From Eledone cirrhosa (taxonomy: Eukaryota), in assembly GCA_964016885.1 (NCBI GenBank), contig CAXHJY010000777.1, positions 1 to 59,862 of the forward strand: a stretch of 59,862 nucleotides of DNA. The letters run 5' to 3'. The notes under the pieces were generated by a model. That model had not been told where the DNA came from. It saw only the letters and a program-made list of their open reading frames with translations, and searched no databases. This document shows positions 40,291-55,544 of this stretch, one piece after another. Position numbers and translations under genes: made by a program. Position 1 is the stretch's first letter. Each line of letters begins with the position of its first letter.

Positions 40291-41754
40291 AACCCAATAA
40301 AATTAAGTGATATTATTTAGCGCTTATGAAAAAAGTATAATTTAGAGCTCTCTATATTCTTTGTGTATAAACCTAAAAATATAATTTAAAGCTGGCTATA
40401 TTCTTTGAATATAAATCTAAGCCACATGATGCAGATTTGGCTATCTTCCTTGTGTATAATACTAAACAATATACCAATATTTGGAATATGTTCAGATATA
40501 GCAGTTTATTTTAGCAGTTAATTTGAAATCCATTTTATAAAGACGCAGTAAATTAAGAAAATATACAACATTCCACAGTTAAAATGGAGTTGTATAATGA
40601 GGAGATATACACTCTCCTTATTTGTAATGAAGCTGTATAGTAATGGAATATTCCATGCTCTCTCTCTCTATATATATGTCTCTCTGAGTTTGTGTTTTAA
40701 TCTCTCTATTATCGTCTAGAGGCTGTGACCTAGTTACTCTTCTTGATTGTAACACTTTCACATCACTTCACTTTATTTATTTATTGCTTTAACAAATCTA
40801 CAAAAGAAATTATAAAAAGAAACCTGAAACTGCAGATAAATGTACCATATTCTTAACATTGTTCCTTTATAAATAAGAAACAGAGTTGAATTATCAAAGA
40901 CAAACAAAATGAAAAGGACAATACCAACAACAAATACAACAAAAAACAACAAAAAACAAACATATAAACCAATCACAATAACATTAATATAAAATATCGC
41001 CCAAAATAAATAGATAAATACACAAAAAAAAAACCTAAATACAAAATAAACAGTAAGTCAGGCAAACTGAAAGACGGAAATCAATATTTAGTTGAAGTAA
41101 ATTTAGTTTTGAATATTAATTGATTGAACAGAAGGAATATTTGTTGTAAGAACTTTCTGGACGAATCTTTTTTAAACACAATATATTATGTTGAGTAAAT
41201 TGTTAACAATGAGAAGATTAAAGAGAAGACAAGAAAGACATAATTATATCAGAGGAGGCATCTAAACCACACACAGATTTATACATACATACACTGTATC
41301 TCACATATACCCATATATATTGCCACGTATGCACATAGGCATACACATGCAGACATTATAACTCACCTACATACATTCATACATATACATACATACTTAC
41401 ATACGTACATACATACACACACATACATACAAATATACGTACATATATGCATACATACATATAAACATATATACATACATGCATGCATGGATACATACAT
41501 ATATACATACATACATGCATGCATGGATACATACATACTCATATAAACACATGTATACATACAAACACATGCAGATATCATAGCTTATCTACATATATAC
41601 ATACACACATACATACATACATGCATGCATACATACATACATACATATACACAAATGTTTATACATGTACTGTGAACCAATTCATATCGATACCAACATA
41701 ATTGGTATCACTTCAAAGGTGTAAGAAATACACATAACATTTATTAGACAAAAA

Positions 41755-41978
<224 letters not shown>

Positions 41979-42331
41979 TTTTCAGCATAGCATCTCTCCA
42001 TCCCTCCATATATATGTATGTATATATATGTGTGTGCATGTGTGTGTGAGTGTGTGTGTGTGTCTGTGTATGTCTGTGCGTGTCCCGGGTTCAATTGGGG
42101 GTAACTACAATAAGTAAGGTACTCAATACATAGTAGAGTATATACAATGTTTAATATAGACACACATACACACACACACACATATACACATATCCACAAA
42201 CACATATACATATACACACATATGTATGTGTGTAAGTGAGAGAGAAGGAAATAACATTGTCTAGTGAGACACTATTTCATATATAAATATTTTCAGTGGT
42301 GTCCATCTGATGATGATGACGATGATGATGA

Positions 42332-42395
<64 letters not shown>

Positions 42396-42397
42396 TA

Positions 42398-42734
42398 TCA
42401 TCATCATCATCATCATCATCATTTTACGTCCGCTTTTCCCTGCTTGCAAGGGTGGGACGGGAACTGATTCTGGCTTGATTTCTACAGCTGGATGCCCTTC
42501 CTAACACCAACCTCATTTACAGTGAGTGCTGGGTGCTTTTTTGCCATGGCACCTCCACGACCACTTTGCAGTGGAATGATATGGACCCCAGTCCCTATCA
42601 TCTCATTTCTACAGCTGAGTAAACTGGAGCAATGTGAAATAAAGTGTCTTGCTCAAGGAAACAACACACCACCCGGTCTGAGAATTGAACTCACAACCTT
42701 TCGATTGCAAGGACAATGCTCTAACCACTAAGCC
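42398..42734 (-). mobile_element. CORE-like tRNA SINE, same family as 5027-5365
   Basis: Near-identical translations in the ORF track. Confidence 0.9.
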
Positions 42735-42950
42735 ATATATATATATATATATTTATTCAGGTTTGAGGTTCACCACTGTATAGAGCTGGTCTATTCCGTA
42801 TGGTCAATCGTAATGTAATAATATAGAGAGTACTCAACGTAAAGCAGTTCAACCGTCTTTGTTTTTGTAGTTGGTGGTGCTATTACGGAGTTAAATATTA
42901 TAATGAAATGACAGGAGGCTGGATTTGTGTAAATCCTTGAAAGGTTTATT

Positions 42951-43008
42951 ATACTATGATCATTTCAATGACCGGGTTCCGTATGAATCCGGTGATATCA
43001 TCAGGTAT
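42951..43008 (-). ncRNA. Type I hammerhead ribozyme
   Basis: ATAC-CTGATGA-tATcACCGGaTTC/GAAcCCGGTcATt-GAAA-TGATCA-TA-GTAT. Confidence 0.85.
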
Positions 43009-43137
43009 TCGAAATATAATACGTGAATGCAATAGATAAAATCCATGGGGCTGAAAATCGAGGACCCGAGGGCGACCGCTATCTTGCACCCTCTACCTTA
43101 GCCGGTCGCCCTCGAGGGCGACCGGCTAAGGTAGAGG

Positions 43138-43190
<53 letters not shown>

Positions 43191-43230
43191 GATATTAAAT
43201 AAATGGAAACTATATTTATAAAACCATATT

Positions 43231-43295
43231 TATTTCATTATACATATTTCAGGGATACCAAATTAAAATATGGTATGCCTTCATCAGACAAAATA
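43231..43295 (-). ncRNA. Type I hammerhead, left arm
   Basis: Mirror of 44161-44225. Confidence 0.85.
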
Positions 43296-44160
43296 CAATA
43301 TATAAACAGTTTTATAAATCATTTTGACGTACTCTATTAGATGCAACCATTATTTTTGGAAGCTGTCTGGATAGTGAGATGTTTATAATTATTTTATTAG
43401 TTATAGTGTTAAGCACAGTTAGAAAAAAGACGGAGAGAAAGAAAAAACGGAGAGAGAGAAGGAGAGAGAAAAAGAAGGAGAGAGAGAAAAGGAATGTATG
43501 CAGAAAAGAAAGATATAAATAGATAGGAGGAAATGAAAAAGAGAGAAAAAAGGAAGAAATAAGAAAAACAAAAGAAAGCAACAGAGAGATAATAATTCAT
43601 CATACAGATAGAGAAACTCAAGAGAGAGGAAATACTATATAGAGAGAGGAGGATATAGTGACAACTTTACGTCATGTCATATTGAACAATGTTACTTTCT
43701 CATATTATATATCTATGTCCCATTCATGAATATTGATATTTACATTTTTATTATTCATTTCATATGAATTGTTAACTCAACTTAATATGACATGACGTAA
43801 AGTTGTCACTATATCCTCCCCTCTCTTGAGTTTCTCTATCTGTATGATGAATTATTATCTCTCTGTTGCTTTCTTTTGTTTTTCTTATTTCTTCCTTTTT
43901 TCTTTTTTTTCTTTCTTTTTCATTTCCTCCTATCTATTTATATCTTTCTTTTCTGTATACATTCCTTTTCTCTCTCTCCTTCTTTTTCTCTCTCCTTCTC
44001 TCTCTCCGTTTTTTCTTTCTCTCCGTCTTTTTTCTAACTGTGTTTAACACAATAACTAATAAAATAATTATAAACATCACACTATCCAGACAGGTTCCAA
44101 AAATAATGGTTGCATCTAATAGGGTACGTCAAAATGATTTATAAAACTGTTTATATATTG

Positions 44161-44225
44161 TATTTTGTCTGATGAAGGCATACCATATTTTAATTTGGTA
44201 TCCCTGAAATATGTATAATGAAATA
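44161..44225 (+). ncRNA. Type I hammerhead, right arm
   Basis: TATTTTGT-CTGATGA-AGGcATACCA/TGGTATcCCT-GAAA-TATGTA-TA-ATGAAATA. Confidence 0.85.
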
Positions 44226-44353
44226 AATATGGTTTTATAAATATAGTTTCCATTTATTTAATATCGTATATCTACGCCAAAAACTTGTCGAGTGCTTTAT
44301 ATCAGTTATAAAATATTTACTTGTTGTATCCAAACAATTTTAAATAGAACTTT

Positions 44354-44390
<37 letters not shown>

Positions 44391-44419
44391 CCCTAACCAC
44401 TCAGCCACACGCCTTCACA

Positions 44420-44941
<522 letters not shown>

Positions 44942-44942
44942 T

Positions 44943-44987
<45 letters not shown>

Positions 44988-44992
44988 GTATT

Positions 44993-45040
<48 letters not shown>

Positions 45041-45045
<5 letters not shown>

Positions 45046-45933
45046 GAAAGAATAGAAATTATTGTGAGCATGAAGCCAACAGTATTTCATAATATATAAG
45101 TGACTATAACGTCAAAATGGAAAAATAATTAACGTAAAATGTGGGAAAATAATTCAAACTCAATTAAAAAAATATCAAGACAGATTTATCCACCGATTTT
45201 GTGAAATCCAGGGAAAAATAAATAGAGCCTTAAAAATAAAGTTTAAAATACTCATCCTTCAATTTGGAAAAACTACAAATGCTCTATATAGTCTAAAAAG
45301 ACTATTTCACGAAACTTTCAGTGGGGATGGTCACGGTTGGAACCGTTCATCAGTAGAGTTCAACACGATAACCCTAGGACCACTGCTAGAATATGCCCAA
45401 AAAGGGAATTTAAAAGCAGGCTAGTTCACCTCATGCTTAATTATGAAAATAAACGCACATGGAGAGACATGGCTGGTGACGTCAGAATGAGACGAATGTC
45501 TATTTACAAGAAACAGCAGTCAAAAAACATTCCAAAAAAACTCAACAAAGTGTAAGGAGTTCAGTAAAATAACAATATTATCGTGGTTTAAAAAAAAAAA
45601 AGACCGGATTAGTAACAAATAATTTTAAGCACTCTATGAAAAAATTCCGAGTATAAATATAAATGAAAGAATAGAAATTATTGTGAGCATGAAGCCAACA
45701 GTATTTCATAATATATAAGTGACTATAACGTCAAAATGGAAAAATAATTCACGTAAGATGTGGGAAAATAATTCAAACTCAATTAAAAAAAAATCAAGAC
45801 AGATTTATCCACAGATTTTGTGAAATCCAGGGAAAAAATCAATAGAGCCTTAACTCTGAATAAAATAAAGTTTAAATACTAATCCTTCAATTTGGAAAAA
45901 CTACAAATGCTCTATATAGTCTAAAAAGACTAT
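45041..45933 (-). mobile_element. Family F partial tandem (~618-bp unit, ~1.45 copies)
   Basis: TAAATGAAAGAATAGAAATTATTGTGAGC at 45041 and ~45660. Confidence 0.85.
45282..45358 (-). ncRNA. Type I hammerhead, family F
   Basis: CTCTA-CTGATGA-ACG...CGT-GAAA-TAGTC/GACTA-TA-TAGAG. Confidence 0.85.
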
Positions 45934-46055
45934 TATATATATATATATATATATGGGATAGTAAAATGCGTCCATATTAGGAAGTCTGGAACTAGTTGTC
46001 GAAATGGCTAGAGCTTAGCTGTCGGGCTCTGACTCACTGACTCTTTCTAAAATGT

Positions 46056-46097
<42 letters not shown>

Positions 46098-46169
46098 TTG
46101 TATTTTGTCTCTACTGTTTTGTTTGTTAGTATAGGTATATATTATCTATCTATCTCTATATATGTATTG

Positions 46170-46244
<75 letters not shown>

Positions 46245-47080
46245 GGTTATGCACATACTGATTTTTTATGTACAAAAAGAATATAAATACTGAATACATA
46301 AGTATATTTCATTTGTTTGAAGCTTGTCAGTTTTAAGAATGGCAAATTCTCATAATTGGAAGTAGAATGTGATATAGTAGCTAGAAAGTAACCAGCTTGC
46401 ATTGAGAATCATAGAGATACTGTTGGTTGTTTGCTGATATTCTTGAATAAATTACAAGATATTTAAACCTTAACTGACATTTATACGAAAGTGAAAGTAA
46501 GATTTAGGAGGATGAATATGTAATGAGTATTTAGTTAATTAGTTTATATAAAATAAGAAAGAATATATCCTGATGCAGTAATTTTCATGAAAAGATTTGA
46601 ATGTGAAGATGCAGATGAAATTGATGGATATTAAGGATTGTTTAATAGAATCTTCATACTTATAAAGCTGGAGGTGGTGACAGCAAAGTGTAGAAATGAA
46701 GATAGAATTTTTGTAGGTTGTGTAAATTAGATTGGTGAAAATGGCAGGAGTTTGTGATGTATGTTGATATAAAAGTGGTTTTCTTTGAATTCAGTCAGAT
46801 ATGTTAAGTACAAATATGACAGCCGCAAGATTGAAGAAAGAATATTTGCAAAAATGTGGTAAACTAGAATAAGAGTTTTCTTACAAAGGAGAATGCCATA
46901 GAAACATTTATAAAAAGAGTCCAAATAACAGAACCAACTGACACTTTAGATAAAAGATTCAAAGCAAAATTATTTCTAAATCAGGGTAAATATGATACAA
47001 CATATGGGAAACAAAGCAAGGATAAATATATAATGTACGAAGCCGAATTTTTGGCTTTTGAAGCGGTGAGAATATATGTA

Positions 47081-47114
<34 letters not shown>

Positions 47115-47407
47115 AATAATATATATATATGTATAAGTATATGTATATATCATCGTCATCATCTTCGTTTAACGTCCATCTTCCACGCTAGCATGGGTTA
47201 GACGGGAGTTGTCCCACTAGAGGCAAGGCTGGTCGGGTGACCGTGTCTCGCTCATATAGGACTATCTGGCAGGTTTTCTACGGCTGGATGCCCTTCCTAA
47301 CAGCAACCACATTTACAGTGTGGTCCTGGGAACTTTTTACCGTGTTACCTACATGGCCACACTACAGCGTGGACTGTGTGTTTTTTGTCATATATATATA
47401 CATACAT

Positions 47408-47443
<36 letters not shown>

Positions 47444-47747
47444 CACCCACACATCAGCGGCGTGTGGCTGAGTGGTTAGAGAATTGTATTCGCAATCGTA
47501 AGGTTGTGAGTTCGATTCCTGGACCAGGCGATGCGTTATGTCCTTGAGCAAGACACTTTATTTCACGTTGCTCCTTCTACCTGGAGTTGCGACCGATAGA
47601 TAGTATTAGCAATTGGAAAGACCAACGGAAACATCGTTCCCTCGGTCCGATTTGACAACAAAGTCGATCGTTCCTGTATATATATATATATATAAAGTAT
47701 AAAGAAAATGCTCAAGTGCAGAAATGCTATAAAGATAGCTTAAATAA

Positions 47748-47836
47748 TAATTCCTCACTGCAGTCATTGGCAAATCCTTTTTCTGTCTATTAAATAGACA
47801 GAAAAAGGACATGCCAATGACTGCAGTGAGGAGTTG
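47748..47836. repeat. ~88-bp palindrome
   Basis: CCTCACTGCAGTCATTGGCA...TGCCAATGACTGCAGTGAGG. Confidence 0.85.
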
Positions 47837-48111
47837 AACCCCATATCTCCCAGATACCGGCTAATATATGTTTTATTTAGTAGATATATAATTTACTAAG
47901 TTGTATTAATAGTTTGTAGATAGATATATGAAAAATAGTGGTTTCTTATATAGGCAGAAGATCAGTAATTTTAGGGCAGGGGAAAGTTGATTCAATCAAC
48001 CCCAGTGCGTGACTGGTACTTTATTTTATCGACCCCGTAAGATATATGAAAAATAGTGACACACGAAAACATATGCAATATGTTTATATATAATTGTTTA
48101 TATATATATAT

Positions 48112-48458
48112 GGAGGCATATGGCTTAGTGGTTAGATCATTGGCCTTGCAATCGAATGGTTGTGAGTTCAATTCTCGGACCGGGTGATGCGTTGTTTCCT
48201 TGAGCAAGACACTTTATTTCACATTGCTCCAGTTTCCTCAGCTGTAGAAATGAGATGATAAGGACTGGGGTCCCTATCATTCCACTGTAGAGTGGTCGTG
48301 GAGGTGCCACGGCAAAAAAGCACCCAGCACTCACTGTAAATGAGGTTGGTGTTAGGAAGGGCATCCAGCTGTAGAAATCAAGCCAGAATCAGTTCCCGTC
48401 CCACCCTTGCAAGCAGGGAAAAGCGGAGGTAAAATGAAATGATGAAAATGATGATGAT
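48112..48458 (+). mobile_element. CORE-like tRNA SINE, same family as 5027-5365
   Basis: Full head-to-tail match. Confidence 0.9.
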
Positions 48459-49961
48459 AATTGTTTCTACTATTGGCACAAGGTCAGCAATTATCGCAGT
48501 ACATTACTGGTACTTTATTTTATCGACCCCGTAAGGATGAAAGGCAAAGTTAACCTCGGCGGGATTTGAACTCAGACCATAAAGGGCCGTAACTCTGCAA
48601 AGCATGGCGTCCGACCCTCTACCGATACTGCCAATCCACCGCCCTAATATGTTTATATATAATATACATACATAAGTGTCAAGGTATGTATTTTAAACTG
48701 TGATAATGCCATAGTTACCTCTGTGGCCATGTGAAAATACCAAACACTAGTGTTTCACAATGTTTATCTATGTGTATGAGCTTAACAGTAACCATTGGGT
48801 TTGTCATGATATTATCAGTATAAGTCCCACATCTTAACCAATTACATACATGGTAACTAAATATATCAAATGCTAACTAGAGATCAAGGGAATAAGCACT
48901 AGATTGAAATATATGTCAAAGTAGATATGATTGACTCAGAACTTTTGAAAGTTGATTGTCAAAGCTGAAAGCAGTAACAGAAAAGAAGGATACCAACCAA
49001 TGTCTGAGTGTTCTGTGTTGATGCTTAGGCTAGATCATTTAAAATCAAAAGTTGTCTGGCAATGTATCAAAGGTGGGTGGGTGTATGGTTGTATGGGTGG
49101 GTGTATGGTTTGTATGGGTGGGTGTATGGTTGTATGGGTGGGTGTATGGTTGTATGGGTGGGGACCTATTTCTGGAAAAGCAAAGCCAATGTTTTTTTTA
49201 TTTAATACAGACTTGTTAATCCTTGGTTTAGATAATCAAAATATTAATACTCAGATCACAATAATTTTTGAACCACTTAATCAAGGACTGAAGAACAGAA
49301 CACATGATCCTTCATTTTCTGGGGATGATGTTATTCTTGAACTGGCGATCTGTTTAGAATGTAATGGATTAGGTAATGGTATCAAACTGAATGATAGATT
49401 AAGTCTATCTTCCGAATGACCCCCATTGGGATTTGAACTGGGGACATAAAGAGCCAGAACAAATGTCACAAAGTATCTCATCATATGGTCTAACTATTTT
49501 ACTAATTTTTTTTTTATCAAATCAACTCTGCTATGATGAAATTCAAAGTTGAGCTTGCTAGGATTTGAACTCAGGCAGCAGAAATTTAACATTAATTTCT
49601 AAGCATTAACAATATTAACAACTCTGCCAATTGACTGTATAAATCTATTAATATTCTCTTTAATGGGAGGTATGAAACCGAAAGGATGCAGATGATAATG
49701 ATGATGATAATAATGATGAGATCCAGTATTATTGGCGATATTTCGTAGCAACAACTCACATAACACCGGTCGGCAGGAGAACTCTTAGCCTGGAACTAAT
49801 ATAATTGTCGCTTCATTGCATAATTTTCTGATCAATTACACTCTAATGACATAAACTGGTTGGTTTAGTCATTGAATACTTGCGGAGAGAAAAATAACTA
49901 GGAGGACGCCATTGCTATGTGATTCAATAGACCTTTGCTAGAAATGAGGCAATAGAGTATA

Positions 49962-50431
49962 TAATAACAATAATACACACAACCACAATAACAACAACAG
50001 CAACAACAACAACAATACACACAACAATAACAACAACAGCAAAAACAACAATGCATACAACAACAATAACAACAACAACAATAACAACAACAACAACAAC
50101 AACAATACACACAACAATAACAACAACAGCAAAAACAACAATGCATACAACAACAACAACAACAACAATAACAACAACAACAACAACAACAATACACACA
50201 ACAACAATAACAAGAACACACACAGCAACAACAACAACAATAATACACACACCAACAACAACAACACACAGCAACAATAACAACAATACACAAAACAATA
50301 AAAACAACAGCAATGACAAACAACAAAATTATGTTGATAATATGAAAGTTAAAAAGAGCAAAAAAAAAAAATAACATAATGATATAAACAAATAAATGAA
50401 ATATAACGAAGATGAGAAACAGCAGCAGCAC

Positions 50432-50479
<48 letters not shown>

Positions 50480-50690
50480 CAACAATAACAACAGCAACAA
50501 CAACAACAACAACAGCAACTATAACAGCAACAACAATAACAACAACAACACCAACAAAAACAACAATGGCAACAATGACAACAACAGCAATGACGAGAAC
50601 AACAATAACAAAATCAACAACGACGACAACAAATACAATAATAACAATAATAAAAATGACGACAACAACAACAATGACAATTAGAAAAGA
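49962..50690. repeat. Compound (CAA/CAG)n microsatellite
   Basis: Direct reading. Confidence 0.95.
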
Positions 50691-50996
50691 CAAATCCCAA
50701 TAACAAATACTATGACAAATATATCTTGTTTTGTCATCAACCACAACTTTTATATCAATTAAGGATTATATTGGTTTTCATGTGTATATGTATATATATA
50801 TATATATATATTTACATGCATATATACATATATACACATATGGATATATATACATACACACATGCATGTACATATATGTGTGTGTGCGTATGTGTTTGCA
50901 TGTACACATATATATATATATACATTACATGCACATACATCGTACATACACATACACAAATAAACATACATACTTATACATACATGCATGCATATA

Positions 50997-51105
<109 letters not shown>

Positions 51106-51279
51106 CAAACAGACATTCACACATGCACACAAATATATATACATATAAAAATGATGATGATTATATATACATAGATACATACATACATAATACATACATA
51201 CATGCGTGCATACACATACACACATACATATATACATATAAATACATACACATATATACATACATATAAATACATACAT

Positions 51280-51472
<193 letters not shown>

Positions 51473-51789
51473 TTTACAGATATATATATATATATATACA
51501 GATATACATAAATATTATATATATATGTATATATAAACACACAGCTGTTGGACACTTCAGGTGTAATTCTGTCTGTAGCAACAGGAGGCCACTGTCCGGG
51601 CAAATACAGTATTTCACCTAATGGATATCTTGCGTGTGATATCATGTGTGAAATACAACTGATAACACATCAGTACCAAATAAATGGATGTGTTTTTACT
51701 TCTTACGTTTTATTTTACATTCAGCACTTTTCCCCTTTTTTTGAGTGATTAGGTGTACGGCAGCAAATAAAAGTGGTGGCCATGTATAA

Positions 51790-51849
<60 letters not shown>

Positions 51850-51865
51850 GTATATATATGTATAT

Positions 51866-51898
<33 letters not shown>

Positions 51899-51988
51899 CA
51901 TATGTGAAATGAAAAAAATCACCAAGTTGTATAATCAACTCATATATATATATATATAATATATATGTATATATATATATATATATAG

Positions 51989-52302
51989 TATAAAAAAACG
52001 AAAAATCAGTGATGCATCTGGACTCAGTTTATTGCGTGTTACAATTGTTTCGCCGGCAGGTAGCTCGAGACATGATCACTGTATGGATCTGGCTGATTCT
52101 ACGGCTGCAGGTTCCTTCGGACACATGCAATTCGTTCGGAGAAAATTTTCTCACTACGAATTGCATGTGTCCGAAGGAACCTGCAGCCGTAGAATTACCC
52201 AGATCCATACAGTGATCATGTCTCGAGCTACCTGCCGGCGAAACAATTGTAACACGCAATAAACTGAGTCCAGATGCATCACTGATTTTTCGTTTTTTTA
52301 TA
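51989..52302. mobile_element. 314-bp near-perfect palindrome containing a hammerhead-like motif
   Basis: Centre GAAAATTTTC; near-identical ORFs on both strands (52029..52259 and 52032..52262); GCGAAACAATTGTAACAC. Confidence 0.85.
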
Positions 52303-52778
52303 TCTTATTACTAATTATATCTAATTTTTCTTCTCTATTCATATTGTACTATATAGCTCTGATACTGATTCAGTCTAATCCTATTCGGATAGTTCTGTCC
52401 CAGTTATTCATAGAGCAACATCGGTTGAGGTTGGTACCACTAACTCAGGGATATGTGTGGATATATTCATGTATATGTATGTGTCCGCATGTATCTGTGT
52501 GTTTCTCTATATATTGTTTATAACTCCCTTTGGTCGAGTAACCTTTGAAGTGTAGTGACTGCTGGATAGCTACCATTACTCATACTTCTCGCCTCCTCAA
52601 ACGACCTCTTCTACGCCTTTGATATGAATACCCGCTCCGCCTCCATGGTATTTTTTCAGGGTTATAAGGGGCTTAGCTCTGTTTCTTGACCGCTGTATCA
52701 CGTGATTGACTTTCCCTCCGCCTTTTCGAGATTCTATCTCGCGCATTGCAGACGTGTTTTGAAATCCTTAATGAGGTA

Positions 52779-52872
52779 TCCCCTTGATAAGTCGACAGAA
52801 CCTCACAAAAACTCTATATCTCTATGATCTAGTGTTTTTGCATAAAATGCCACGAAACTACGTAGTCGGGGA
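52779..52872 (+). ncRNA. Type I hammerhead with U3-A8 core
   Basis: TCCCC-TTGATAA-GT...AC-GAAA-CTACGTAG-TC-GGGGA; lies in a ~600-bp unit bounded by direct repeats near 52300-52355 and 52895-52950. Confidence 0.65.
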
Positions 52873-52945
52873 CTAAAGAACCAGCTAGGTATGATATATC
52901 TTATTACTAATTATATCTAATGTTTCTTCTCTCTTCATAATGTAC

Positions 52946-53041
<96 letters not shown>

Positions 53042-53167
53042 TAGATATATGTATATATATATATGTATATACGTGTGTGTAATGGTAGCTATGGTGCTTC
53101 CATAGGCGGTATGCCAAAATTAGCACTCAATCTTCATACAGAGCAGAGTGTGAATAGTATAAAAAAA

Positions 53168-53208
<41 letters not shown>

Positions 53209-53210
53209 AT

Positions 53211-53282
<72 letters not shown>

Positions 53283-53482
53283 ATATATATAATTCGCTTT
53301 TGAATTTGTTTTATATAAACAACCTTCCGGTTATCGAACCAGCCAACCAACCAACCGGAAACATAATAAATTGAAGTGAAAATCAACAGGTGCATGTGTT
53401 TCTATTGGCAACATGACCCTCTCGAAGTATAAGAATACATATATACATATATATATACACACACACATATATATATATATAC

Positions 53483-53541
<59 letters not shown>

Positions 53542-54318
53542 CACATTGTTATCTCTGTCTTTCTTGCGCTGTTTTACGCTGTCGAATTCTTAATAATGAC
53601 TCTTAATTTAAACAGAAGGCCAACAATTTGAGGGCAGGGGGAAAATAAATAACATCGACACCAGTACACGACAGGTACTTTATTTCATTGACTTCGGAAA
53701 GATGAAAATCAAAGTTCACCCTGGTGGGATTTGAACTCAGAACCTAAAGAACCAGAGCTAAATGCTGCAAAACATTTTTCCCAATGTTCTAACAATTCCG
53801 CCAATTCACTACCCTTCTTCCAATTCTTAATATTTTCATGTCTTCCATGTAGTTTTACATTTTCTCCTTCTTTTCTTCTCCATTCTATTAACTATTAATA
53901 GATTTTATAAACCATTTTCTATATATAAGTTCCAAAATATTTTAGTTTTCTCTTTGATAGTATCTAATATAATATTCATAGGTTTTTACCATTTTGTTTT
54001 TTTTTGTGCATCAATATTGGTTTTGTGTTGTGTAGTTGGTATTCTCAAAAGTCTTCTCTAGACTTACAGAACAAACATTTCTAATATATTTGATAATAGT
54101 TTTTTTAATGATTATTGAATTTCTATAGTAGCGTCGACCATACATAACAGTTGAAAAGTCTTCTTCTAGTTTTGGTATGACTATTATTACTTTTGTGTTA
54201 GAATGACTTCTTAGTTATTTCATTCTTTTCATTTCTGCTGCACATTTGCTGTTTTATATATTTGTAAAATCTATAAAATACCCCTGGTATATTACATACA
54301 TCATAGGTATATTGCATA

Positions 54319-54800
54319 TACTAGCAGAAAAACCATCCTTCGGGTGGTTTTCTGCTAGCATGTGTAGTGTGTATATTGATATTATACGCAAGTATATATA
54401 CATGTAGATATGATACATTAAATAAAATCGTAATTGACAATATATAATACATAGAAATTGAATGAAGACTGTGTTACACTCTCTTATGTAATCAGTAACG
54501 TAATCGATGATTTAAAAAAAGACGATATTATATATAAACTGCATTAGGAGAAAATTAGTATGTTTATTTAAGCGATGGCCAACCGGAAGTGTTGACATTT
54601 CAGAAATTTTAAAGAAGTGAATCTTAAAATAAGCATAAAATTTATTTATATTTAATCAACAGCCACGAAATTTAGTAGATAAATTATGTAATATTCATTC
54701 ATTATTTATCCAATGTAATCCAACTTATTTTACTAATGGGATAACAAATTATAAACCGTACGCAGTCCCGCACTCCTTACTTTATTATAGTTTAGATATC
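54319..54800 (+). mobile_element. Possible Helentron-type non-autonomous insertion
   Basis: Starts TACTAGC with a 40-bp hairpin, ends TTTTATTATAGTTTAGAT, and splits the 21-bp repeat. Confidence 0.3.
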
Positions 54801-54990
54801 AGGTATATTACATTACATATAACACACCTGGTATATTACATATATCACACCTGGTATATTACATATAACACACCTGGTATATTACATATATCACACCTGG
54901 TATATTACATATAACACACCTGGTATGTTACATATACCACAGGTATATCACATATAACACCAGATATATTACAGATATCACCAAGTATAT
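54800..54990. repeat. 21-bp minisatellite (CACACCTGGTATATTACATAT)
   Basis: Direct reading. Confidence 0.9.
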
Positions 54991-55120
54991 TATTATTGGT
55001 ACTTGTTCTATTGACCTCCCCATCTTCAATTGTAATATTTATATTGGGCGACAGTTTTGATGATTATCAGTAATTATAAAATATATCTTGTCTTACATTG
55101 TTTTCTATTCCATTGGACAA

Positions 55121-55544
55121 TCTTTTGTCATTTACTGTAGTTACAAAGCTAGACTGTCTCACTTTAGTTGGTATGTGCCCATTCTTTGTCATTTACTGTA
55201 GTTACAAAGCTGGACAGTCTCATCCCAGTCAGTATATGCCCATTCTTTGTCAATTACTGTAGTTACAAAGCTGGACAGTCTCATCCCAGTCAGTATATGC
55301 CCATTCTTTGTCATTTACTGTAGTTACAAAGCTGGACAGTCTCATCCCAGTCAGTATATGCCCATTCTTTGTCATTTACTGTAGTTACAAAGCTGGACAG
55401 TCTCATCCCAGTCAGTATATGCCCATTCTTTGTCATTTACTGTAGTTACAAAGCTGGACAGTCTCATCCCAGTCAGTATATGCCCATTCTTTGTCATTTA
55501 CTGTAGTTACAAAGCTGGACAGTCTCATCCCAGTCAGTATATGC
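55121..55544. repeat. 61-bp tandem repeat, ~7 copies
   Basis: GCCCATTC recurs every 61 bp. Confidence 0.95.

Larger units (their letters stand above)
43186..44355. mobile_element. Large fold-back pLTR-like element (~500-bp arms, ~95-bp spacer, unique tail)
   Basis: 43186-43686 versus ~43780-44270; mirrored ORFs in the track. Confidence 0.9.

Noticed and set aside
48952-49419. 155-aa ORF
   Set aside because: Includes a TGGGTGTATGGT repeat and decayed repeat sequence; no recognisable domain
52029-52262. Twin 76-aa proteins on opposite strands
   Set aside because: A direct consequence of the DNA palindrome
55121-55544. CRISPR-like array
   Set aside because: Head-to-tail near-identical units with no unique spacers; eukaryotic context with no cas genes
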